Source: an uncultured Verrucomicrobiae bacterium
Lineage (GTDB): Bacteria > Verrucomicrobiota > Verrucomicrobiia > Opitutales > JABDGR01
Direction: 5' to 3'
DNA: 64,000 bases
Assembly (NCBI GenBank): GCA_963765205.1
Contig: CAVXVB010000009.1
Location: forward strand, 1,344,001 to 1,408,000
In this document: positions 29,065 to 40,206 of the stretch, in pieces
How positions within the stretch are numbered: position 1 is the stretch's first letter
Layout of the letters: every line of letters starts with the position of its first letter
Notes under the pieces: model-generated
What the model was told of the DNA's origin: nothing
Seen by the model: the letters and a program-made list of their open reading frames with translations, nothing else
Database searches by the model: none
Translations under genes and position numbers: made by a program

Positions 29065-30876
29065 ATGCCGACGAGCGTCTGGGATTCGCCCTATCAGCAA
29101 TTGGCCTCGCTCCAGCGCGAAATGCGGCGGTCCGCCACGGCCTGGGCGGGGCGGCGGCGCTTCCACCCGCAACACGAGTTGAGCGCGCGGAATTTGCTGC
29201 ATTACCTGGCGCTCCGGCGCCACGATTTGAGCGCGCTGCAGCGCCAGCTCTCGCAACTGGGCTTAACGTCGCTCGGACGCAGCGAGGCGTCCATTCTCAA
29301 AAGTGTGGAGACCCTGCTGGCCACCCTGGCGACGTTGCGCGGCGCGGCATTCAAACCCGGCGCGAAGTCGGAGGGGCCGGATTTCGAGCAAGGGCGGGAA
29401 CTGTTGGGCAAGCACACGGCGGCACTGCTCGGCCCGCCCCCGTCGGACCGATGGGTGCGCATGATGGTCACGCTGCCAGGCGAGGCGGCGCGGGATCCCG
29501 GGTTGGTCCGTGCGCTCGTGAAGGAAGGCATGGACTGCGCGCGCATCAACAGCGCCCATGACGATCCGGCGGCGTGGGAGCAGATGGCGGCGAACGTCCG
29601 GCGCGCCAGCCAGGAGCTAAAGAAAAACTGCCGCATTCTGGTGGATCTCGCGGGGCCAAAATTGCGCACCGGGCCGCTGCCACCGGGGCCGGCGGTGCTC
29701 AAATGCCGGCCCCAACGCAACGAGTTTGGCCAGGTGCTGAATCCTGCCCAGATATGGTTGGTGGCCGCGGGCGGCCCCGTTGCAGAGCCACCCGTGGCCG
29801 GAGCATTCACGGTGCCCGTGTCACGGACTTTCCTGGCGAGCCTGGGCGAAGGCAACGAAGTGAATTTCACGGACGCGCGCGGTGCGCACCGCGTGTTGCG
29901 CATCGGCGCACGTCACTTGGACGGGTGCGCGGCGACGCTGGAAAAGACGGCTTACTTCGTCCCCCGACTCCGATTGTGGCACGGGAAACAAACCGGGCGG
30001 GTCGGGAACATCCCGGCGCGCGAAGGCTTTTTGCAGCTTTATCCCGGGCAGCGTTTCCGGCTCGTGCGCCCCGGCGCAGCCGATGGACGGGCCGGCGACC
30101 TGCCTGCGCTGCCGTGCTTGGTGCCGGAAGTCTTCCGGCATGTGCGGGCCGGCGAGCGTGTGTTTATTGATGACGGGAGAATTGCCGCCATCGTCGAAAA
30201 GGCCGGGCCGGCAGGCTTGGAATTGCGGGTCACTCATGCGCGCACCGGCGGCGAAAAAATCCGGGCCGGCAAAGGACTGAACTTTCCCGACAGCCAGTTG
30301 CAACTGCCGGTGTTAAACAAAGCAGACCAAGCGGTATTGCGCTGGGCCGCGCGACACGCGGACCTCGTCGGCCTCTCGTTTGCGCAGAGCGCGGCCGGAG
30401 TGGCGGAATTGAAGCGGCGGCTGGCCGCGCTGGGCCGCCCGGACATGGGCCTCGTCCTCAAAATCGAAACCAAAAGTGGTTTTCGGTTCCTGCCGGAAAT
30501 GCTGCTGGAGTTGCTCGGTTGGCGCTGCGGGGGCGTGATGATCGCGCGCGGGGACCTCGCCGTGGAATACGGCTACGAATACCTCGCGGAAGTGCAGGAG
30601 GAAATTTTATGCATTTGCGAAGCCGCGCACACACCCGTCATTTGGGCGACGCAGGTGCTGGAAATGCTGGCCAAGACCGGCCGGCCATCGCGCGCGGAGA
30701 TCACCGATGCCGCGATCGGCGAGCGGGCGGAATGTGTCATGCTCAACAAAGGCCCGTATATCCTCGATGCGATCCGCATGCTCGACCGCATCCTGCGCCT
30801 CAGCCAGACCCACCAACGCAAGAAGACCCCCAAGTTCCGCGCCTTGACGGACTTTAACTGGCCGCGCCCGGCGTAA
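29065..30876 (+). CDS. pyk: Pyruvate kinase, atypical long form without the C-terminal allosteric domain
   Basis: GMDCARINSAHD, DLAGPKLRTG, FIDDG, LKIET, GVMIARGDLAVE, WATQVLE, PSRAEITD, CVMLNKG. Confidence 0.88.
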   Translation: MPTSVWDSPYQQLASLQREMRRSATAWAGRRRFHPQHELSARNLLHYLALRRHDLSALQRQLSQLGLTSLGRSEASILKSVETLLATLATLRGAAFKPGAKSEGPDFEQGRELLGKHTAALLGPPPSDRWVRMMVTLPGEAARDPGLVRALVKEGMDCARINSAHDDPAAWEQMAANVRRASQELKKNCRILVDLAGPKLRTGPLPPGPAVLKCRPQRNEFGQVLNPAQIWLVAAGGPVAEPPVAGAFTVPVSRTFLASLGEGNEVNFTDARGAHRVLRIGARHLDGCAATLEKTAYFVPRLRLWHGKQTGRVGNIPAREGFLQLYPGQRFRLVRPGAADGRAGDLPALPCLVPEVFRHVRAGERVFIDDGRIAAIVEKAGPAGLELRVTHARTGGEKIRAGKGLNFPDSQLQLPVLNKADQAVLRWAARHADLVGLSFAQSAAGVAELKRRLAALGRPDMGLVLKIETKSGFRFLPEMLLELLGWRCGGVMIARGDLAVEYGYEYLAEVQEEILCICEAAHTPVIWATQVLEMLAKTGRPSRAEITDAAIGERAECVMLNKGPYILDAIRMLDRILRLSQTHQRKKTPKFRALTDFNWPRPA

Positions 30877-31152
30877 GAGGCTGGCATGGATGGTTACGAT
30901 CGGTTCAACACCTCGTTATGCGATGCAATAGCGTGTAAGGCAAACACCCGCATTAAGTAGGGGGTCGCAGTGCTGGCCTAAACGAATAAAAAACAATCTT
31001 AACCATTTCTATTCAAACAACTTAGATGGACAAGCCACCATTATTGTCTGGTGAAACCGACCGATTTTGATATGATTACAGGTTTTTAGCCGCCCAAGGC
31101 TATACGAACGACCTGCGCATTGCATCGTCCAAATCATAATCAGGGTGAGCCT

Positions 31153-33655
31153 ATGGCCTGGTTTACCAAGCCCAAAACGAAAAAGGAGCAGATTGAGGAG
31201 CAGCGCCGGCGCCGGCGCGGCGATACTGTGGCGTTGTCCCCCCACTGGCTCGACTTTCGAATGACGCTTGGAGGGGTGCTGTTTCTGCTAATGGCGGTGG
31301 CGGTGTGGTTAATTTGCTTCGCCGGCTTGTCGCCGGTGACGCAGCAATTGGTCGCCAGCCAGCGCGAACGCGTGCGGGTCGTGGCGGCCTTCCCGTTCAA
31401 CTATACCAGCGACGTGCGGACCCAGCGGGAAAAGAACAATGCCGAAGAACTGGTCGGCCCCTCGTTCAAACAGCCCGACCACGCCCTCGAAGAGCGCATG
31501 AAGCAGGCGGTGCTCGAATTGGAATCGTCCCTGGATCAATACCAGCAGGACTCCGCCAGCCTCCCCCCCGAGGAGCAACTGGCCGCACGGGAAAAGCTCG
31601 CGCGCGAATTCAGCGCCAAGAACGGATTTGACCTCGACCCGGCCGATGTCGCCAGCCTTGCCGCTGTGACCGACCCCAAGGAGCGCAACCAAGCCTTTAA
31701 CGTCGCGCTGACGAACATCCACAACTTGCTAAACCGCGGCATCTATGACCCCGCGCAGCCCGGCTTCCAGCCCGTGGCCATGCAGGGCGCGATGTATACC
31801 TTCGATGTTTCCGGGCGCGCCAGTTCGGTGCCTGTGCTGCCGCAAGATGAGGCCATGCGGCAGTTCCGCATCAATCTCGCCACCCTCGACATGGCGGCCC
31901 CCGCCAAGACCGCGATCTTCGATCTCCTCAAACAAACCCTCGTCCCCAACATCGCCTTCGATCAGGAACGCACCACGCGCGCCAAGACCGCCGCCATGGA
32001 CGAAGTCAAACCCGTCCAGGTCATGGTTCGGCTCGGACAAGTGGTGGCCGACCCCAATGCCGCCGACTATGACTCGGCTGAACAACGGGAACTTCGCCAG
32101 AAATATTTCGACCAGTTGAGTGTGCAGGGCGGCGCGGGGATGGAATCGCATCTCTCACTCTTGCGGTATCTCTACACCACCCTGCTGCTGTTGGCCGCGC
32201 TGATCTTCATCAAATGCGGCCTCGGGCCGGCCCAGCGGTCGCCGAAAATGGTGGCCCTCGGGTCGGCCTTGCTGCTGGTCAACCTAATCTTGGTGCGCAT
32301 GGTCGTTGGGTTGGGGTCCACCGGGCTGTTCACGCACCACACGGATTATCTGGCGGTGCTGCCGTGGCTGGCCCCCACGATGCTCGCGCCGATCCTGGTG
32401 ACAGTGATGGTCGGCGCTGCACCCGCCGTGCTCACCTCGCTGCTGATCAGCATGCTCTTTGCCATGATGACGGGCGACACGCTCGAAGTGTTCCTGCTCA
32501 ATTTCCTGGCCTCGCTGGTCGCGGTCTATTTCTGCCGCGACGTGCGCCTGCGCGCGCGCTTGGTGCGGGCTGGCCTGCTCGGCGGCCTGGCGGCCGCCGT
32601 GTGCGCCGCCTACCTCGGCCTGCTCAACCAATCCGCCTTGACCAGCGCCGACGTGGGCCGCCAAATGATTGTCGCCGCCTTCACCGGCTTGATGACAGCC
32701 GTCGCCGCCATCGGTCTGCTGCCGGTCTGCGAAAACCTGTTCAAAATCACGACCGACATCACCCTCCTCGAGTTGACGGACTTCAATCACCCGCTGTTGC
32801 GCAAGCTGCAGGCTCTCCGCGCCGGGTACCTACCATCACAGCCTGATGGTCGCCAACCTCTCCGAGCGCGCCGCGGCCGAGGCCGGAGCCAACCCGTTGC
32901 TGTGCCGCACCTGCTCGCTCTATCACGATATTGGAAAAATTCTCAAGCCCGAGTATTTCACCGAGAACCAGCGCGACAATTTCAACCCCCACGAGGAAGT
33001 GCAGCCCTCGATGAGCGCGCTCATTATCAAAAGCCACGTCAGTGAAGGCCTCAGTCTGGCCAAACAATACAAGCTGCCCCGCGTGGTGCAGGACGTCATC
33101 GTGCAGCACCACGGTACGACCCTCATCAAATTCTTTTTCCACAAGGCCTCGAAACAGCAGCGTCAGCTTTCCCAGTCGCCCTTTGGCCGCCAACGCACCG
33201 CTGAAGCCCGCGCCCTGGCCAGCGATGGCGTCGAGCGCGCGGAACCCGGCGTGGACGAATCCTCCTACCGCTACGACGGCCCGAAACCCAACTTCAAGGA
33301 ATCCGCCATCATCGCGCTGGCTGATTGCGTCGAGGCCGCCTCGCGTTCCCTCCGCAAAGTCACGCCCCAGGCTGTCGAAGAACTCATCGAGTCCATCATC
33401 AACGACCGCATCGAGGATCACCAGTTGGACGACAGTCCCATCACCATCCTGGAACTGAAACGGATCAAGGAAAGTTTCACCTTCACGCTGCTCAATATGC
33501 TCCATTCGCGCCTGTCCTATCCCGGCCACGAAGAGCCGGGCGCGACCGCCAAAGGTAAGGCCCGAGACAAGAACATCGTCCCGATGCCCCCGCCTGCCAC
33601 CCCGCCGCCGCCTGGCGACAAGTCCAGTGACTCCGCCTCGTCCGCCTCCGCCTAA
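31153..33655 (+). CDS. 7TM-HD phosphohydrolase (PgpH-like cyclic dinucleotide phosphodiesterase); frameshift near 32815
   Basis: Extracellular domain, TM region, TDITLLELTDFNHPLLRKL, then shifted PGTYHHSLMVANL, YHDIGK, QHHGT, Y.GPKP..KE, LADCVEAASRSL. Confidence 0.88.
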
Positions 33656-34151
33656 GCCGCGCCCCGCTGCCCCGCCGCGCGCGTGGTCGGCCAACGGTCG
33701 CCATCCACGTCTGCGCTTTTCGCGCGCGACGTTGGGCCGCTGCCTCGCCGTCCTCGACCGCCAGCCCGGCCCGCGCCCGCCCCCCGGCGAAATCTCCCTT
33801 GCGTTTTTGACCGATGTCGCGCTTGCCCAACTCCACGCCGATTTTCTTCACGACCCGGCGCCGACCGATGTAATTACTTTCCCAGGCGATGAATCCAGCG
33901 AACTGGCCGGGGAAATTTGCCTGTCGGTGGACCGCGCCGCCCTCGAATCCGCGCAACGCCGACGGCCCTTCGCGGGGGAATTGACCCTCTACCTCGTGCA
34001 TGGTTGGTTGCACCTGGCCGGCTTGGACGACCTCACCCCGCGCGGCCGCCAGGCCATGCGCCGAGGGGAACGCCGGCTGCTGGCCGCCTTGCAACGCGCC
34101 CGCGCCCAGCCGGATTTCCGCCTGCGAGCGGCGAAAAAGCACCGGGATTAA
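33627..34151 (+). CDS. ybeY: rRNA maturation RNase YbeY
   Basis: LHADFLHDPAPTDVITFP, GEICLS, YLVHGWLHLAGLDD. Confidence 0.88.
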   Translation: MTPPRPPPPKPRPAAPPRAWSANGRHPRLRFSRATLGRCLAVLDRQPGPRPPPGEISLAFLTDVALAQLHADFLHDPAPTDVITFPGDESSELAGEICLSVDRAALESAQRRRPFAGELTLYLVHGWLHLAGLDDLTPRGRQAMRRGERRLLAALQRARAQPDFRLRAAKKHRD

Positions 34152-34190
34152 ATTGCCTCGGGGGGGCTGCGAGCGTTAACTTTGCCAACC

Positions 34191-34899
34191 ATGCCCACCA
34201 CACCACCCCCGCGCCCCACTGCCCCCCGGCCCAGCCCGTGGCCCACGCTCCGCAATGCGTTCATCACGGGGCTGTTTTTGCTGGCCCCGGTCGGGGTGTG
34301 CGTGTTCGTCATCAATTTCCTGCTGCAAAACATCGGCGCACCGTCCAGCAATCTGTTTTTCGGCTGGATGAACAACGGTCAGCGCAACCTGCCGTTTGCG
34401 AACGTGTTGTTGCCGGTCGTCGCGATCCTCATCGTCGTCACCCTCATTACGGCGCTGGGCTACGCCTCGCATTATTTCTTTGGCCGGTGGCTGCTGCGCC
34501 GCGCGGAAATGCTCATCTTGCGCGTGCCGATTCTCAACCAAGTCTATCGCACGACCAAGCAGATCGTGGACACCTTCCACAGCCAGCAGGAGGAGGGCTT
34601 CGACAAAGTGGTGCTTATCGAGTTTCCGCGGGCCGGCGTTTACACCATCGGCTTTATCACCAAGGCTGTCGAAGGCGAGGTGCATGCGCGCACCGGCGAG
34701 GATTTCGTAAACGTCTTCGTGCCCACCACCCCGATGCCGACCAACGGCTTTTTGGTTATTTGCCGGGAAAAGGGACCTCATCCGCCTCGACATGTCCGTG
34801 GGCGACGGCATGAAATTGATCATCTCCGGCGGCGCCATCGCCCCGCCCTACACCGCCCCCGCCCCCGCCAAATTGGCGCAAAATGAGCCGCCGAACTAA
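34191..34899 (+). CDS. DUF502 membrane protein; frameshift near 34773
   Basis: FITGLFLLAP, RVPILNQVY..KQI, VVLIEFPR, VFVPTTPMPTNGF, shifted tail LIRLDMSVGDGMKLIISGG. Confidence 0.85.
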
Positions 34900-34916
34900 T
34901 TCATAAAACCACAGTT

Positions 34917-35055
34917 GAAACCACGGATTTCACGGATAACACGGATAACCAAAAAGATGGGAGATTTTGACCGCTCACCTGTTCGGTGAACGCATTTTTG
35001 CAGTAACCATCGCTCAAGTTTTTGCATCCGTGCTATCCGTGTAATCCGTGGTAAA
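34917..35055. repeat. CACGGATAA/ATCCGTG 9-mer hairpin
   Basis: ACCACGGATTTCACGGATAACACGGAT ... ATCCGTGCTATCCGTGTAATCCGTGGT, loop about 75 nt. Confidence 0.9.
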
Positions 35056-35091
35056 AATTCTGCCGCAAAAAATAGATTAATTCATTGTATC

Positions 35092-35762
35092 ATGCCCCCA
35101 TTGCTGGAAGCCGAAGGCCTGGTGCTCGACCGCGAACCGCCGGCGAACGCCACCTGCGCCTGACATTTCTCACACCCACGCTCGGTTTAATCTCTGCCCT
35201 CGCGCGCGAATCCCGCTCCGCCGGCACGGTTCCCGCAGCAGGCTCGAAAAAGCGCGCTGGCACGCCCCAGCGCCCGGATATTTTCGACCATGCGGCCGTG
35301 CGCCTGGAAGCGCGGGAAGCGGGCACCACACACCGGCACGTCTATTTCCTGGCCGAATACAAGGTGCTGCGCCGGCACGCGGGCCTCGGCCGCAGTTACG
35401 CGGCGCTCGAAGCCGCCGCCGGATTGGCCAAAGTCGTGACCCGCAACGCCGCGCATTTTGAGACCTGCGCGCCGGCCTTCGATTTGTGCCGCAAGGCCCT
35501 CGACGCGCTCGACCACGGCGCGCCGCCCGAAGCGGTTCGCCTAAAGGCGCTCTTTTTGCTCGCCCGTGCCAAGGGTTACGCCGCGCGCGAACAATGGCTG
35601 CCCGCCTTGAACGCCGCCGACCAGGCGCTGGCACTGGCCGTGCTCAGCCGCCCCGCCGCCGAAACCACCACCCTGGCCGCTGGCGAAGCGAGCCGCTTGC
35701 CCAAACTGCGTCAAGCTTTTGAACGCTGGTTGAACGAACACACGGACTTGGAAGTGAAATAG
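35092..35762 (+). CDS. recO: DNA repair protein RecO; frameshift near 35138
   Basis: MPPLLEAEGLVLDREP joins GERHLRLTFLTPTLGLISALAR; position downstream of ybeY. Confidence 0.7.
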
Positions 35763-35777
35763 TTTGCCCCTTTTCAG

Positions 35778-35814
35778 TTTTTCTCCGTGTTCTCCGTGCT
35801 CTCCGTGGTTTAAA
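35778..35814. repeat. Solo CTCCGTG 9-mer array upstream of the helicase start
   Basis: TTCTCCGTGTTCTCCGTGCTCTCCGTGGTTTAAA. Confidence 0.85.
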
Positions 35815-35821
35815 TTTCTTC

Positions 35822-38183
35822 ATGCGTTTCATAATCGGCCAGCGGGCGGTGGCGATGGGCGTCGGCGAATTCGCCACGTTCAACCCGGTGCCGTCGTCCG
35901 CGGGCTTCGGGCGGATGGGCGCGTGGCGCGCGACCACCGGCGCGGCCTGGCACCAGACGATGCGCGAGCGCGCGCAGGCCGCCGATGTGGGCGCGCAATT
36001 CGAAGTGCCGATCCAAGGCCGTTTGCTGCACGGCGGCTGGGCCGTCGAATTGCAGGGCCGGCTAGATCAATTGACGCCACGCAATGGCGGCTGGGTGCTG
36101 CGTGAAATCAAAACCATTTCCGAATCGTTGCCGCGCCGCGAGGACGAACTGGCGCACGATTATCCCGAATACTTCCGCCAACTGGCGGCCTACTTGCGCC
36201 TGGCGGAACTCGGCCCCCTGGGGCAAAAAGAGGCCGCTGGCGGGTGAGTTGGTGTTCGTGGATTTTTCCACCGGCGTGACACAAACCGTGCCCATGACCA
36301 CTGCGGCCGCTGGCGTCTGGGTGGATACGCAACTCGCCGCGCTGCGGCCGTATTGGGAATTCCGCTGGAATTCGCGCCAGCGGGTGGCGGCGTTGCCCGT
36401 GCGCGCGGCCTTTGCCACGCTGCGCCCCGGCCAGGCGGAAGCCCACGCCGAACTGGCCGCCGCCGCCGGGCGCTCGGGCGTGTTCATGTTCGAAGCCCCC
36501 ACCGGCTTCGGCAAAACCGGCCTGCTGCTGGAATACGCCCTCGCCCGCCTGCGCGACGGCCATTGCCAGCGTCTCCTCTATCTCACCGGCAAGGGGACGG
36601 GCCAGGCGCCCGTCACGCAACAATTGCGCGCCCTGCTCGGCCCCGAGCCGGAGCTGCGCTTTATCCAACTGCGCAGCCGCCGCGAGCACGCGATTGATAC
36701 CCCGTTGCACACCTGCGACGCGCGCCGTTCTTGCCGCGCGGACTTGGAGGAACGCTGGCGCGAGGCCGGCCTCGACCCGCTCACCCTGTTTGAAGACGGC
36801 TCGCTGCCGGTGGAAAAATCGCGGCGCATCGGCGCGCAAACCGGCGTGTGCCCGTATGAAATCACGCGCGCGGCGCTGCCCTGCGCGGAGGTTTGGGTGT
36901 GCGATTACAACTACGTCTTTTCGCCCGCGCACCGCGGCGTGCTGTTTAATCTGCCTGGATTCAATCCCGCCGATACGCTGCTCGTGCTCGACGAAGCCCA
37001 TAACCTGCCCGCGCGCGCTGCCGAGGCCCGCTCGCACGCCTTCACCGCCGGCGCTGCCATCTTTGCCGCGCAGGCGCTGCGCGATTTCCGCGCCCGCCCC
37101 GCGCTCTTGCAGGCGGCGGAAAATTTCGAGGAGTTCCTCGCGGCCCAGACCCCGGTCGAGCGGCTCGACTTGACCGCGCAATACGCGCTCGAAAACCACC
37201 TCGAAAGCCTGACCGACGAATTGAACGCCTGGCCGCTGCCGGAGGATTTGCCCGACGCCGCAGCCGATTTTTTGTGGAGCGCCATCAACGCCCTCGAAAC
37301 GTTGCGTGACGCGTCACTCGAACTGTTGCCCGGCGTGCCGGCCCGCGGCGAATTGCGCCTGGCCTGCGTGGACGCCGCGCCGGCCATCGCCTCCGCCTTG
37401 AGCAGCTTCGGCCAGGCCGTGCTGACCTCGGCGACCTTCGGTCCGCCGGAGTTTTTTCTCGCCGCTTGCGGGCTGAACCCCGCCCAGGCGCACTGGATTG
37501 TCGCACACGCCCCGTGGCGCGACGGGGCCTACGATATCGCCGTGGACGCGCGGGTGGACACCCGGCAGCGCTCGCGGGAACGTTTCTTTTCCGTCACCGC
37601 CGAGACCGTGCGCCAATTCGCCGGCGGCCAGGCGCGCCCCATCGCGGTGTTTTTTCCCTCCTATGACTATGCGGAAACCATCCGCACTGACATCGAGGCC
37701 GTGGACGCGGGCCTGCGCATCGCCATGCAGCCGCGCGGCGCGGATTTGGCCGCGCAGACGGAATTTCTCGACGAATCCCTGCTGACCGCCCACGCCATGT
37801 TTTTCGTGCTCGGTGGCAGTTTTGCGGAAGGCATTGACCGGCTGGGCGGCGAGGTCGAGCGCGTCATGGTGGTCGGCCCGGCGGTGTCCGAACCCAACGC
37901 CCTCAACAAGGCCCGCCAGGCGCTCTTCGAGCAAACCATGGGCGCGGACGAAGCGTTTTGCCGGACTTATCTCGCGCCGGGGATTTTGAAAGTCGCGCAG
38001 GCACTCGGGCGGCTGGTGCGCGCGCCGGGGCAGCACGCAAAAGTGCTGCTGCATTGCCGGCGCTTTGCCGAGCCGGCGACGGACAGTCTGCTGCCGGAAG
38101 AATACCGCCATGGCCGCGTTTTGCGCCGGGACGCGGATTTGCGCGAATGGTTGAAAAATTCACCGACACCGGATAGGGCATGA
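35822..38183 (+). CDS. DinG/Rad3-family helicase with N-terminal PD-(D/E)XK nuclease domain; frameshift near 36225-36240
   Basis: LQGRLDQL..REIKT..QLAAY; LRPGQ, EAPTGFGKT, CPYE, CDYNYVF, LDEAHNL, TSAT, FFPSY, FAEGID, QALGRLVR. Confidence 0.85.
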
Positions 38184-38703
38184 GCATGGCTGGCCGTCAC
38201 CGCGATTTTCTTCCCATTGTGCTGGGCGTGCTTGCGCTCGTGGCCGGCTACGGCGTGATCAACGACCAGTTCATCGTCACCCTGGCGTCCAATCACTTTA
38301 TCGTTTACCATCCGCATTATTTTCCCTTCGCGTCGGTGCGGGCGCAGGCCTTGTGTTTCGGGCTGCTGGCGGGCGCACCGGGGCTGGGTTGGGGAATCTT
38401 GCTCTATTGGGCGGGGCATTATGGCCCTGGACCAGTGATGGGCCGACGGGCTACGTTGCTCGTGGCGGGCGCGGTTTTGCTCGCCACCGGGGCGGTGGCG
38501 TGGGGCTTGGGCCGGAAGCGGCCGCGACCAACCTTCCGTTTTATCCCACGTATTTTTATCCCAATACCGATGGCAATCTAGTGGTCACCCAAACCGTGCA
38601 ACTCACCAATTATTGGCTCGGTACGCTTGGGGCGATGTTTTCGATAGTGGCCATACAGGCCGGGCGCATCCTGCGCGCGCCGCCACCGAAGCCGATGAGT
38701 TAA
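38180..38703 (+). CDS. Hypothetical membrane protein; frameshift near 38512
   Basis: Hydrophobic ORF 38180-38581 continues in the 38353-38703 frame (VVTQTVQLTNYWLGTLG). Confidence 0.6.
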
Positions 38704-38741
38704 GGTTTGCGCGCCTCCTTCCCTTGGGCATCATCCGCCCC

Positions 38742-39278
38742 ATGCGCGAAATCGCCAAAATCGAGCACGACCGCATCGCCCAGGCCATCGAGGATCTCGT
38801 GGAAAAAATCATCGCGCGCCATCGCGAGACGCCTAACCTGGCCGTGGCCGGCATCGCCAATGGCGGCATAGCCTTTTCGCGCAAACTGACGCGGCAGCTC
38901 GCGCTCCGACTGTGTCATGATGTGCCGCTGGGGGTCGTGAACATCGCCTTCCACCGCGATGATATCGGCCAACGCCCCATCCCCTTGCAATGCGCGGCGA
39001 CCGACCTGCCCTTCGACGTGGATGAGGCGACGATCATCCTCGCCGACGACGTGCATTTCACCGGGCGAACCGCCCGCGCGGCGGTGAATGAGATTTTTGA
39101 CCAGGGCCGCCCCGCGCGCGTCGAACTGGCCGTGCTGTGCGAACGCGGTGGCCGCCGCCTGCCGATTGTGCCGGATTACACTGGCTTCACACTTGATACC
39201 ACCGAAACACAGCGTGTCGAAGTCCATCTCGATTTTGACTACCCCATCCGTGATTGCGTGCGCGTGCTGGAGGATTGA
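38742..39278 (+). CDS. pyrR: PyrR / uracil phosphoribosyltransferase
   Basis: GIANGG, NIAFHRDDI, ILADDVHFTGRTARAA, GRPARVELAVLCERGGRRLPIVPDYTG. Confidence 0.9.
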   Translation: MREIAKIEHDRIAQAIEDLVEKIIARHRETPNLAVAGIANGGIAFSRKLTRQLALRLCHDVPLGVVNIAFHRDDIGQRPIPLQCAATDLPFDVDEATIILADDVHFTGRTARAAVNEIFDQGRPARVELAVLCERGGRRLPIVPDYTGFTLDTTETQRVEVHLDFDYPIRDCVRVLED

Positions 39279-39403
39279 TTCAAGTAATGCGCGCCGGGCT
39301 AATGCCGTTCTGGCCGCTCTTCTTGCCGGTAGTGCGTCAGTTTGGATTCGTGAGCACTGGTTTTAGGTTTGAATTGTGAGGGTGAAAGGCTTACCGTGCC
39401 GCC

Positions 39404-39679
39404 ATGCCTAAGCGTTCAACTAGACTAGACATGGTGCAACTGGCCGGGCTGGCCGTGGCGCAGGCCACGCATGGCGAGTTTGTGCCGCAAGGCGTGGCGG
39501 AGATGTACCGCGAGCGGGAAGCAGCGGCGCGGGCCAAGGTGGCGGGAAAAAATCCGGCGGCGGTCATGTTGGGAAGGTTGGGGGGGTTGAAGGGTGGCCC
39601 GGCTAGGGCGGCGGCGTTGACAAAGGCGCAAAAGCGGGAGATTGGGCGCAAGGGGGCAAAGGTTAGGTGGGGGAAGTAG
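39404..39679 (+). CDS. Small basic protein with KNPAAVxLGRLGGxKGG motif (IS-associated)
   Basis: KNPAAVMLGRLGGLKGGPARAAALTKAQKREIGRKGAKVRW. Confidence 0.8.
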   Translation: MPKRSTRLDMVQLAGLAVAQATHGEFVPQGVAEMYREREAAARAKVAGKNPAAVMLGRLGGLKGGPARAAALTKAQKREIGRKGAKVRWGK

Positions 39680-40140
39680 GTGGCGCAGTTTTGGCAAATT
39701 CATTAATGAAAATGCCAAGCCTCTTTGTTGCATTATCAAACAAGACTTTTTCTTGCTGGCTCTGATGCTCGGAGAGCTTACCCATTGCGTCCATGACTTC
39801 TGGTTTTATTACGGCTGCATCACCTGTCGTTTGAGAGATGAAAATCATATCCGTCATTAGACCAACGCCGGGCGCGGACTCGGCCCTTTTTTTTGCAAGG
39901 TAGGCTAGATATAAAGCGTCAACGTTCTTAAAATCAGCATGGTAGCCGTATTCCATAAATGCCGCTTCGGCGCGCGACTTTCCAACTCCGATTGCGGCAA
40001 ATCCCTCGAAATCCATACATCGAATTGATTCGGTTGGATTGTTGCTTACGAGCCAAATATGAGGCCCGGCACCCTCCTCAATTCCGATAAAAACAACCTC
40101 AATCAGCGGCATTTGGAATGACTCAATGATGGTGGTTAGT
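39663..40140 (-). pseudogene. 5'-truncated proteasome/Ntn-hydrolase-like passenger gene
   Basis: EVVFIGIEE..HIW..FAAIGVG..AYLAKKRAESAPGVG..TDM; the frame is closed upstream at 40143, at the junction with the transposase remnant. Confidence 0.55.
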
Positions 40141-40206
40141 AATCATGTCTGGGAAATGAAAGAAGTGATTGCGCTGCTGGATAAAAAAGAGGAGAAAGCG
40201 GCATGA
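40135..40206 (+). pseudogene. C-terminal remnant of an IS1-like DDE transposase
   Basis: VSNHVWEMKEVIALLDKKEEKAA* resembles the TPAMAAGxxxHVW tail. Confidence 0.6.
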
